A DNA stretch of 64,000 bases, taken from NCBI GenBank assembly GCA_964016885.1, contig OZ024740.1:408890001-408954000 (forward strand). Direction: 5' to 3'. Both the position numbers and the translations under genes were made by a program. Positions 26,705-38,907 of the stretch are shown here, piece by piece (the stretch's first letter is position 1; each line of letters begins with the position of its first letter). The notes under the pieces are model-generated. The model searched no databases. It saw nothing but the letters and a program-made list of their open reading frames with translations, and was not told the origin of the DNA. The stretch comes from Eledone cirrhosa (lineage: Eukaryota).

Positions 26705-27469
26705 GTAAGATTTCACTTTCAGCTTTCTAATTCAATTTAGCAGCAAAAGCAAAATTCTCCTGCCTTTCTTGCAGATATATTTTTTTTGTTTCCTTTGAGT
26801 TGTTCCCCTTCCTTTGCAATTTTCTAAATGTGATATTGTCTCTGTTCTGGCAAAATTCCTTTTCTTTAGATTAACATTCCCTTAAAATTCAATTATTAAC
26901 GATCACTAACATTAAAAAGAACATTTGATCTTAACACCCATAACTTTCTAACTGTTTGAACCCCTTTTAAATTTCTTCTTGTTAACTCAATAACGTTATA
27001 TGACATATTTTTTTAGTAACTAACATATGAAATGAGAGACACTCTGGCTGGTGATCAAAATCTTATTTTTTCCCTCTTTCAAATTTGGGCAGGAAATATA
27101 TCTAAACAATTTATATAAAGGTATTTTCACAATGATTATCTAAAAATGTACCCGGTGCTATAAAAGTGAATGATTATATATTTTCCAAAATAAAATTCTT
27201 TGAATGATGATTAAAAATAAAAGTTAAAAGATGAAATATATATATTTTGTGTGTGTGTGTGTATATATATATATATGAATATGTGTCTGTGTTTATATAT
27301 ATGAATTTATCAAAATCATACTTGCAGTAAGGCAACACGAGTCGAGTTATCTGAGGTGGTTTTATTCTCACTCAATGATACATGAAATGAATTCATTGTT
27401 TCAGAGTGGCAGCTCAGTCGATATAGAAAGGACTGCATGTGTGTATGTGATTGTATGTGTGTGTGTGTG

Positions 27470-27522
<53 letters not shown>

Positions 27523-30519
27523 CACACAACACAGATATATATATATAATAAAATTAACTAGAACCTGATTTTTTCAAAAAAAAAAGAAAGGAAGAAAAAA
27601 GACATATTCAAGAAGCAAAAAAAAAAATGAACCAGACAAAAGAATTTAAAAAATAATTGAATCGATCTTCCAATGAACTGTCGATGCTGTTTATAATAAT
27701 AATGGTATTTTATTATTCTTATCCTCTTGTTGTCTATACTATGTCTAGTAATGAACAGGTGTACTGGCATTGCTGTGTCAACAAGATTGTTTTGCTCTCC
27801 ACTGAGTTCAACAAATATATTTGCTTTAATATTGAGAAGTAAAAGGAGTAAAAGAAGAAACTCACACCATATTCTTTGTTCCTTTTAAGAGAATATTTTG
27901 TTGGTCAGAAGAGACCAATAGTTTGATGACTTGAGGTGCAGTTGTTTTATAATTATTTTAATCCTACCAGACCATCAAATGGACACTGTGATACCAACAC
28001 TGTAAACGGTATTGACGTAGCTCTGTTAGTCTTGTAGTTATCTGGGGCATGTAGTATGAGTTGGTTTACTGATTTGTGCTATTGCATGACTTTTACATTT
28101 CTGGTTGGACTCCTTGATTTCCCCATCTTCTTTTCTCCACCTCCTCTTTTTCCTCCCGTTTCTCTGCAAGATTACTAACTATTGCTTCAGTGACTTGACT
28201 CTCTGCTCTACATCATTGTACCTGTATATCCTGAATACCTGCCTACTTCCCTATCTAATTAGCAGCACTTGTCACTTTAATAACATCTACTCAGTTATAT
28301 TTTCACAACATACTTTTCAGAATTATTTTATTACAAGAATATCAAACTCAGTCAGTTTAGTTGTTTTTCTAATTTACAATGTGGGTAAGAGGGTAAAAAA
28401 ATTGTTATTTGAAAACAAGAGAGAGGGGAAAATAATTTAAATGAAATAATGTTTTGTATTAGATTATTTTCTCTCTAATAATCCACGACTAAATAGTCAA
28501 GAAGTGGGAGAAAGAAAGCTCCATTTAAGTAATTTTCTTATCTTTGAAAGTACTCAGTAGAATGTTAGTTGTTGAATTTATTCATCTCGGTTATCTCTAT
28601 ATAAGAATAACTTAGAATCAGAATGGTTTTATTCTTTCTCAACCAGAAAATCATATTCTCTGTATCTTAGCTTTCATTTTTACATTTTTCTGTAGTCTAA
28701 CAAGTTTAACTTCTTGAAGGATTGGTAGCTGTTGTGTTGCATATTGGCAGTGGACCATTACTAGTATAACTTTTGAACAATTTAAGCTGTTGACTATCTC
28801 AAGAAGTTTTGTTCTTGTTTCGCTCCAGCTTTGGCCTGATAAAGCATTCTAAGCCATTCTAGCCATAACCATCCCAGATTTTATTCAGTGTATTTTTATG
28901 AATACAGTACTTTTAAAGTGGATTTGAGGAAGGTTTGACTGTTATTTCTAGCAGGCCGAGCAGCTGTGGAAGACCCTTACTTATTGACACAATGTTTTAT
29001 GTATATAACAGTTGAATTTCTACAAGAAATTAATGTATATATATATATAATTCTAAATCAGGTTTTTAGCTCATCCTAACAGTCTTGTTATAAAATTTAC
29101 ATTGTACAAAGAATAGATGCTAAGTAAATGTTTTTTTTTAATGTCATATCTACTAAAAAATTTAAACTGTTTCATTTGCTACAGGATTTTCTAGTATTCT
29201 GATATGTCGTCAAAACTTCTAATGAACCAATTATCCATACTGATTATTTCCTTAGATGAATATTATAGTACTATTGGCAGTGCTCTGTCATGAGTTTTAC
29301 AATCATTAAAGGATGAATAAAGAAGTTTAGGGCTGTGAATTTCTTCTGTTAACTATGGGATCGGTAGCCAATCTTTCATATGTTTCATTTTTTCAGATTT
29401 CTTGCTATCTGGCAATACATTTAGTGTAACCCAGTTGAAATTTAGTGTAAATTTAGCTAACTTTCTTTGTTAATTCTATACTGCTGTAGCTACTTTACAA
29501 AGAAGAAACTGGAAATGTAAGAAATTAATAATTTTCACACTTTAATTGGAAGGGAGTTTGAGAAGCATTATATGAGCTTGTTGCTTGATAGCTCAGCTTT
29601 TTAAATGCATCATCATCATCACCACCATCATCATCATCATCATGATTATCCACAGATACCCCTTAAAAATGAGACCCCCCCCCCCCCCGCAAAAAAACAA
29701 AAAAACAAAAAAACTCATTGGCTAATTGTGAACAAGCTTTCAAGCTTTGAAAGTAGCTGCAATTTTATCAATTGAACACTTGCTATGACAATTATTACAT
29801 CACTGAGCCATGCACCAGTAATGACTATTAATTGAATTCTCAAAAGCTTTGCACTTTATTCATGAGAGAAAGCACTTCTCTCATTATAATGTACTAGAAT
29901 GGGCTGATCATCACCAGAGATTATAACAATTGTAGAAATAAAGAAATGATATAATTTACATTTCCTTCAGTTGTTTAACTTGTTATAGTAAGGTTCCACA
30001 TGATAAGAAAATCTATTGTCAATATTTATAGTATTCTTTACATTATTTATCTGGTGAGATTTTGTTTTAGAAAAAGGGGATATATATCATGATGAACTTT
30101 TCCTGCAATTGCATCTCTTCAAATCTTCCTATTTTCCTGTATGCTACCAAACCCTTCCCCCATCCCATTAAAATGTTATCTGCTTTGCTTGCACCTTTAT
30201 AGCCTGTTATGTCCATTCTAATATCAATAATGTGTGCTTCTATATGCTTACATTGTGTAATCAAGTAGAATTTGAAATAACAATAATAAAACTTTGAAAA
30301 ACAAGAAAAACTGTTAAAAATACTAGTGTAAAACATTTTTTCATCTGTTTTTAATTCATTTACTCCTTGTTAATTGAACCTTTTTTTTAAAGACTTTTCC
30401 TATCTGTTTGTCTCCCAATTGACTTCATATTAGTGAACTATACTGCTGATCCAAATACAGCACTTTGAAATAATTGAAGTGAAGACCACACAGGAATTAT
30501 TATAATAATAATCAAGTAT

Positions 30520-30706
30520 CGGTGGATTGGCAGTATCGGTAGAGGGTTGGACGCCATGCTTTCTAGCATAGAGTTAAGGCCCTTGCCATTCTGATTTCAA
30601 ATCCCGCCGAGGTTAACTTTGCCTTTCATCCTTATGGGGTCGATAAAATAAAGTACCAGTAATGCACTGGGTAATTGCTGGCCTTGTGCCAAAAAGTAGA
30701 AACAAT
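30520..30706 (+). mobile_element. SINE family A copy
   Basis: Near-identical to 8690-8882; flanked by repeated ATTAT..ATAATAATCAA. Confidence 0.88.
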
Positions 30707-31679
30707 TATTATAATAATCAACTTTTTAAAGATGTTTTTTATCAGAGCCCAGAAACTGCAAATAATCAATTTAACATCATGCTCACTTGGGTTGTGTGGG
30801 TATATTTTACACACATGAACACACACAGACATACACTGTTCCTATAAACAAACACATATCTAATACATATACATGTATGCATATGCTCTTGAGAAAATGA
30901 TTTTTCCTTTTGTATTTATGGAAGAAACGAAGGTGAAAGAAACTGTTAAATTTATGAATTAAGTTAACTACTTAATTTCAATTACAGATTGGGTTTTCAT
31001 TATTTTTCACCTTTTAATATTGGCTCTTTTTGATTCCCAGTTATCATGTTGGATCATTAAAGTAGGCTTTGCCTGTTATCGTGATGTGTTTTGCATAATT
31101 TGATGATGAATAAGCTTATTCTTCGATATCAACATGTCTACATACATGTCATCTTTAATTTTATACTAGGTCTCATTACTTCTCTTATTGTTTCTCCATA
31201 TTGTTATATTTAAATTTTCATAAGAAAGACGTATTTTTAAATCTCTTTCATTCTTTCCAACACACAAACACACACACACTATTATTTACACTTTCTGTCA
31301 GTACCTCCTCTCTCACTCTCTCTCACTCTCACTCTCTCTCTCTCTCACTCACTCTCTCTCTCTCTCACTCTCTCTCTCTCTCTCTCACATTAGTCCTGAA
31401 ATAGTAACAAATGTCTAACGGTAAAAATGAAAAAAACACCAACCTCTATTTGCTGAAATATTTTTTTTTCCATCATATCTATTTAGTTTTAAGGAAATTA
31501 AAAATATTAACACTCCCATCCCACAAACAATAGAAGAAAACAGAAAAGTATTTTAATATTTTGTTTTTCCTTATCATTTATTACTCTTATTATTTCCTTA
31601 AAGAAAGTTGTATAGTTGATGACTTCTAGACTTGTGTATCTTCTCTCTTACTGATGCGTTTATCAACGCTAATCCTCAG

Positions 31680-31802
31680 GTGAAGCGAGTGCCTGGATCT
31701 AGCGGTCGTTTACACAAGACAGAGGATGGCGCTTGGGAGTGGTCTGATGATGAAATGGACGTGAACTCTGAGGAGGGTCAGGCAGCATTTACATCTCACA
31801 GG
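31680..31802 (+). CDS. OXSR1: OSR1/SPAK S-motif (PF1) exon
   Basis: CAG acceptor, [47 protein letters not shown] donor; contains the diagnostic [15 protein letters not shown] and the MO25-binding WEW motif. Confidence 0.96.
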
Positions 31803-32196
31803 GTAAATAGAGCAAGTACTAGGACATTTTAATATTAAAGTTGATTTATTGAATTTAAATTTAAAAAAAAAAAAATGAGAAAAAATGTAATAATGAAATT
31901 TTTTTTTCAACTATTGATAAATTTTAAATAATTTACTTGAATATTTAATATATATATATATGTTATAATTATTATTGTTATATTATAAGAATATTACATT
32001 ATAATATAGCAATTTAATATATTTATATATTAATAAAACATTTTTTATAATCTATTTCAAAATAATTCCATTGATATGTATATATATATATAAAATATAT
32101 ATAATATATATATATAATATATATAATATATAATGTATATATTATATATGTATTTTATATATATATATATTATATATGTATAATACATATATATTA

Positions 32197-32290
32197 TTAA
32201 CTTTGCCTTTCATCCTTACGGGGTCGATAAAATAAAGTACCAGTAATGCACTGGGTAATTGCTGGCCTTGTGCCAAACGTAGAAACAATT
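32197..32290 (+). mobile_element. SINE family A, 5'-truncated copy in an AT microsatellite
   Basis: Matches the 3' half of family A. Confidence 0.85.
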
Positions 32291-32316
32291 ATATATATTA
32301 TATATGTTATATATAT

Positions 32317-32361
<45 letters not shown>

Positions 32362-32601
32362 TTCTAAATCATAAATGTTTCTAAGTTTATCTCAGTTAGT
32401 TTAACTAGGCACTATAATTTTCATATCTTTTTTAATCACTATTTTTAGACTTTTCTCTTTTCACTGTTTTTTTTTTTTTTGCTATCTTTTCACTATAATT
32501 TTATTATTGTCATTGCAATATTATACATATTTAATTCTTGTTATTGATATTGTTACTAACCCTTATATTGGATATATTTTTACTACTACTACTACTAAAA
32601 T

Positions 32602-32633
<32 letters not shown>

Positions 32634-34445
32634 AATAATAATAATAGTAGTGATCCTTATTTCATTTTGGGTAGGTATTATTGTTATTATCAGCTGTGTG
32701 GTTACTTTAAAATTATTGTTATTATTATTATTTTTGAGAGCAGTGAAATTAGTGAAAGCAGTACAAATCTAGATTAAATATATTGCATTAAAAAGTGTTG
32801 AGGGCTGCCCACAGGCAGAGCTGTTAGAGTGTCAGAAAGAATTCCTTACGCATTATTTGTTCTGATCCTCACTCTAACTTCAAATCCCATTGAGGTCAAC
32901 TTTGCCTGACATCCATCCAGTGATGGTAAAAATAAGGACTAGTCAAATATTGAGGTTGATTAAATTGATCCCTCAAATTTGTAGCTTTATTGCCTATGTT
33001 AGTAATTATTAAGTTTTGTTGATGCTTAGAACCGAGATTGTGCAGCGAATTATCAGTTTTGGTAGACTATCAGATAGAAGGTTTTGTTGCATTCATTCCA
33101 GCTCTTGGCACTCTGAGTTCAAATTCTGCCAAGGTCAACTTTGTTTTACATCCAGTACAGTACTGGGATCTATTATTTCTCAATATCTCTTTCTCATTTC
33201 CTCTGTCTCACTCTCTCTCTCTTTTCTTCTCTGAAAGAAATTGGCTATATTCAGACCTGGAGAGCAGAATGAGCTCCAACCGGTTTAAAGTGCCCAAGAT
33301 ATGTTGTATATCACAATTAAATCCTACCAGAATTGATTTTGCTTTTCATTCTCTAAATTTCAATTGCTAAACATAAGGGTTTTGCAGTCACTGATGAGTA
33401 CTGTGGAGTTTAATCTCTTTGTACTCTGAGTCTTTGGTATGATTTTTTTATCTTTGGTTCAAGCCATTTTATTTTACTTATGTCTCAATAACTTTGAGAA
33501 AAAGGGATATATCTAAAATGGTAATGATATTTTGAATAAGGAATTCTATTTTCTAAGCCTAAAGAACATAGTGTAGTCGATGAATTGACTCTGGTATCAC
33601 ATTTATTATTCATCAATACCAGTATATTACAGAAAATTATTTGAGTCAATGAGGGAGCTTTTATATGGTTACTCGGTCTATAGAAATAGTAGCCAAAAGT
33701 TTCTTTCACATCAGACCCTACAATTTTTTTTAAAACATAGGATATATAATCTGAGATAAACTGTTTGAAACAAGGTGACAATAGGCAATTAATTTAATTT
33801 TAGTGATTTTAGGAGATGCTAAGCAAAGTTGAGGCAATAAGATTTAAGAATAATAGAAACATGAGATATGAGTAAATCATTTAATTTAGTTGTAAAGCAT
33901 TTATAACAATTCATCTGCTCCTTATTATAATAATGATAATAATAATAATAATAATAATGAATATGTTATACTAACTGTTAAATTTATTGCAATCTTTAGT
34001 GGAAATATAACTAATTTGTCTGTCCTTATCACTGCTGTTAGTAAGGAAGGATATATTTATTGAAGCCAGTCATATATTTCATATATCATAGTGTGATATT
34101 TCTAGTTGGGAATCCTCACGTTGCTTGTTTACAATATATGTGTGCATCATAACTTCATTGAAAATTATTGGATGGTTGTTTTATTTTGTTTTTGGTCGCT
34201 TTAATTATTTCACATTCATTGCATATGGAAACCTCCAATCATATCTATTTTGAGGCTGTGACAGCCAATACATAGTTCTTTATAAACAACTATGAAACAT
34301 TTTGAGGAGTTATTTTTTTCAAGTGATATTTTTTTGGTTCTTCAATTCAGAATGTGAAACATTTTAGTTCTAAATCATAAGCTTTGTTTTATTGTTTCGC
34401 TTTTCAATTTTTGGGTTGCTTGAATTGCGGCATAATTTTACACAA

Positions 34446-34706
34446 TATGATTCATACACTTGATAATTCGTTTGTAACCAATTGTTTCATGAGATATCAG
34501 AACTGTAAGCTGTGGATGTTAGCCATACCTTCAGGAGAATGTGCATACAAATGAGTGAACATGATTTTACAAAAAAAGCCTTGTTCAGTTATTTCTATGC
34601 ACATTCTCCTGAAGATATGACTAACATCCAAAGCTTTCAGTGCTGCAAGCTTTGTTAACTCTTGCACCCAATGATTGTAAATGAATCATTGTGTGTATGA
34701 ATCATA
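34446..34706. repeat. Fold-back element a
   Basis: GGATGTTAGCCATACCTTCAGGAGAATGTGCATA / TATGCACATTCTCCTGAAGATATGACTAACATCC; outer TATGATTCATACAC / GTGTATGAATCATA. Confidence 0.85.
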
Positions 34707-34991
34707 AATATATATTAGATCTGTTTGAATATATGAAGCACTCTTTCCTCTTGTTGATATTTTTGCTATACATATGATATATACGTAATATATGTATGTT
34801 ATATTTTTATGCACATTAGATATGTTATATATTTATATCTATATTTGATATGTTATATATAATATACTTTAGGTATAGTATGTAATATGTATGTGTGTGT
34901 ATGTATGTATGTGTGTATATATATATATATATCATCATCATCATCATCATCATCATCGTTTAACGTCCGTCTTCCACGCTTGCATGTGTTT

Positions 34992-35036
<45 letters not shown>

Positions 35037-35354
35037 ATTGTGTGTGTATGTATATATATATATATATATATGTGATTGTGTGTGTATGTGTGTATATATA
35101 GATATGTATATATATGTATATATCCAAAATTAAATAAAATAAAGGGTCATGTCCGAGACATGCGCCATATCCACCGTAGAATAAGCTCAATGGAAGATTA
35201 ATCATTTTTAAAAGGTAATATTTGAAGTTCTTGTTAAACTTTTTTAATTAGTTACCTACCTAACTGTGATTGTTTCATGTGTTTATTTTAAATATGTATA
35301 TATGTCAATCAATTTCTAGTTGATATATATATGTATATATAGATATAATATAGA

Positions 35355-35611
35355 CACAAACACATATATATAGTGTAACAAAGTTCTTTCGTTGCACATC
35401 TGCAACATCGTCAGTAGTGCTATTATGTTCCTCCTGTTGTATTGTATATCTACGCCTTCTTTATTTAACAGTATTTAATTGTATTGTATATCTACGCCAT
35501 CTTTATTTAATAAAGATGGCGTAGATATACAATACAACAGGAGGAACATAATAGCACCACTTACAGATGTGCAATGAAAGAACTTTGTTAGACTATATAT
35601 ATGTGTTTGTG
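35355..35611. repeat. Fold-back element b
   Basis: Palindrome centred at 35508; the left arm has a 42-bp-period duplication. Confidence 0.88.
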
Positions 35612-35682
35612 CATGTATATATACATATATATGAGAGAGAGAGAGAAGGATTTTGTAGTTTACTTGAAGCATTGTATATGGT

Positions 35683-36048
35683 ATAAAGAATTTGAAGTTT
35701 GAAAGCCACGGCAATGTAGGTTTGGATGGTGAATAATTAAATAGTGAGAAACAGGGTTTGTTTTTTTACCTTAATTTATTCATATATTCTGATATTTCGA
35801 GATTAATACCTCTTCTTCCGAGGAAAATAAAGGAACTACTCCAGTCTCCAATGTGGCCAGCATGGTATAGTAAGCCACATCGGACACTGGAATAGTTCCT
35901 TTATTTTCCTTGCAAGAAGAGATATTAATCTCGAAATATCAGGACATATGAATAAATTAAGGTAAAAAAAAAAGCCCTGTTTCTTACGACTTAATTATTC
36001 TCCGTCCAAACCTGCACTGTGGTGGCTTTCAAACCTCGAATTCTTTAT
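35683..36048. repeat. Fold-back element c (~175-bp arms)
   Basis: ATAAAGAATTTGAAGTTTGAAAGCCAC...ATGTGGC / GCCACAT...GTGGCTTTCAAACCTCGAATTCTTTAT. Confidence 0.92.
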
Positions 36049-36717
36049 CTATGTATGTGTGTGAATATGATATATGCAAAAAGTCAACAAGTAAAATCAA
36101 CTTGGGAGAACAATGATGATATATATTAGTCTAACATATGCATGTATATTCATATGTATATATATGTGTGTATGTATATGTATTTGATTCTGTGTGTATA
36201 TGTATTTGGATGTGTAAGTGTGTGTGTATGTATACACAAATATACTCGTACATTAGGTGTGTATTTGAAGGCATATATATGTTTATGTATAAACATATAT
36301 GTCTTGATACAAATGTTTTAAGCTGTGATCATGTCACAGTTATCTCTCTAGCCATGTGTGAACCACAGGCACTAGTCTTTCAGAACTTTTTTATCCTTTT
36401 ATTTACACCTTTATTATGAATCACGCTATTTTAGTGCTACCGATAATTAATCTTAGCCAAGTCAAGCATGCACTATATACAAATGAAATTCTCAGCAGAT
36501 ATTTTATATGCAAAAAATGTATAAGCTATAGCTTATTCGTTTTTTAGTACCAAGTGGGAAATGCATTGATGAGAGACAGCTGTAACATTATCACAGCTTA
36601 ATACAGTCATAGTAAGACGTATATATGTTTATCATGCTTAAACATATTGTGTATGTCTTCATATATACATCTATTATGAAGTATGGCTATGTTAGTGCTA
36701 CTGATGCTATGTATATG

Positions 36718-36752
<35 letters not shown>

Positions 36753-36823
36753 TTATGTATCACGGGTTCAATCAGGGGTAACCACAGTAAGTAAGGTACT
36801 CACTACATAGCAGAGTATACATT

Positions 36824-36949
36824 TTTAATATAGAAATGGCTTCTACGGGACTAGAACTGTTTCATTTCAAGGAAATCATCTGGAAAGCCCTTTCCTGATG
36901 ATTTCCTTCGAATGAAACAGTTCTAGTCCTGTAGAAGCCATTTCTATAT

Positions 36950-36953
<4 letters not shown>
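36824..36953. repeat. Fold-back element d
   Basis: TTTAATATAGAAATGGCTTCTAC...GGAAAG / CTTTCC...GTAGAAGCCATTTCTATATTAAA. Confidence 0.92.
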
Positions 36954-36989
<36 letters not shown>

Positions 36990-36994
<5 letters not shown>

Positions 36995-37120
36995 GCAACA
37001 GTGACATAACCAGGTACTTAAGTTTTGTTGGGTTCTGGACCCCAACTCATTCAGCCTGCCTAAGTTGGGGTCCAGAACCCAACGAAACTTAAGTACCTGT
37101 TTATGTCACTGTTGTAACTA
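36990..37120. repeat. Fold-back element e
   Basis: 58-bp arms (36990-37047 / 37063-37120) with about 3 mismatches and a 15-nt loop. Confidence 0.93.
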
Positions 37121-37368
37121 TTTATACCAAACTCATCCTATCGACTGAGTGCTCTTACCCTTGGATATTTCTATCAAACTTTTACTACAGTATATATATA
37201 CACATACATACATACATATGTGTGTGTCTATATATAATATGGATGTATATGAATACGGTGTGATAATGCCATTCATAATGAGACATATATTTATTGCGCA
37301 TAAATATATCATATAAGTCTTCATATATACCCCTATTATGAACCATTCTATGTTAGTGCTACTGCTAA

Positions 37369-37407
<39 letters not shown>

Positions 37408-37471
37408 AATTATCTATATACATATGTATATGTGTGTGTGTATAGATATATGTAATATATCTCTCTACACC

Positions 37472-37552
<81 letters not shown>

Positions 37553-37576
37553 TATGTACATATATATCGACCCATA

Positions 37577-37855
37577 AAAACGCTGGGCTTGCAATCATGA
37601 GGTTGTAAGTCCGATTTCCAGACCAGGTGATTTGTTGTGTCCTTGAGCAAGATACTTTATTTCGTATTGCTCCATTTTATTCAGCTGTAGAAATGAGTTG
37701 TGATGTCACTTGTGCCAAGCTGTATCGGTTCTCCCCTTTCTCTTGGACAACATTGGTGGCATGGAGAGAAGAGACCAGTATGCATGGGTGACTGCTGGTC
37801 TTCCACAAACAACTTTGCCCAGACTTCTGCCTCGGGAAGAATTTTCTAGGTGATT
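37577..37855 (+). mobile_element. Older SINE with family-B-like head and a different 3' body
   Basis: GGGCTTGCAATC...CCTTGAGCAAGATACTTTATTTC...TCAGCTGTAGAAATGAG, then diverges. Confidence 0.75.
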
Positions 37856-38180
37856 CATGACCAACCTTTTTTATACCATGGACCAGCTTCATGCTGGACA
37901 ATCTTTCCACTGACCGGTAGTTGTACATATGTGTTATTTAAGTGCATTTTGATAAAGAGAGCAATAATAAAAAGAGCAATTTATTAAAGTAGATGAATAT
38001 TGAATATTTAAACAAATCTTTTAAAATTGAAATCCAATATTCATTAGACACACATACATTGTTGGGATTCATATCATTCAATCATCACTTTAGTTAATAT
38101 AAGGGAAAATAATTAATGGAAGTTCCATTGCATTTTATATGAATTTTAAACAAGGGAAAATTATGTTTATTTATTGTGCA

Positions 38181-38518
38181 GTGATTACCATATATACTTG
38201 AATATAAGCTGACTGCACTATTTTATGTGGAGTGATTACCATATATACTTGAATATAAGCTGACTGCACTATTTTATGTGGAGTGATTACCATATATATT
38301 TGAATATAAGCTGACTCCACTATTTTATGTGGAGTGATTACCATATATATTTGAATATAAGCTGACCCCACTATTTTATGTGGAGTAATTACCATATATA
38401 CTTGAATATAAGTTAACCCCACTATTTTATGTCTGAGAACTGGGTAAAAATCCAAACCTTATTTACTATATATTTTATGGTCACATATTCCCCGGCTTGT
38501 ATTGGAGTATATATGGTA
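38181..38518. repeat. 51-bp minisatellite (~5 copies) made from the left end of a pogo/Tc1-type MITE
   Basis: Unit GTGATTACCATATATACTTGAATATAAGCTGACTGCACTATTTTATGTGGA; the matching inverted end GGCTTGTATTGGAGTATATATGGTA ends at 38518. Confidence 0.8.
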
Positions 38519-38907
38519 ATCCATATTAAAATAAATATATTTAGTACATACTTTATCGTTTTTCCCCTGCAAAAGAATAGTCCCTCTGACCAAATACATT
38601 TTCAGCAAAACTATTAACATCTGAGTGAAGTTTCAGCTCAGTGTGTGTGGGGGTATATAAGTAAAACGTGGCAATGGCATGGGTGATGTTGAAATGTTAA
38701 AATGATTGAAACACCAATTGTCTTCCATAGTTTCCAGTAAAACTGTGATACTGCCTGCCATCATGCTGGTTTTCTCCTTTTTTTGTGTGTGTGGTATAGT
38801 TCCTGATATAATAATAATAAATAATAATTCCCAAAAAAGGAAGGAAAGACTGACATATACAAATGAGCAAGACAAGGCTGATTGGTGATTGATTTTTAAA
38901 AGTGAGA

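Noticed and set aside
33238-33291. Possible downstream kinase exon after a CT-rich tract
   Set aside because: No recognisable OSR1 similarity, a weak donor, and it is flanked by SINE remnants.
33390-33420. CTGATGA as another hammerhead
   Set aside because: No stem II or downstream GAAA; it lies in a degenerate SINE remnant.
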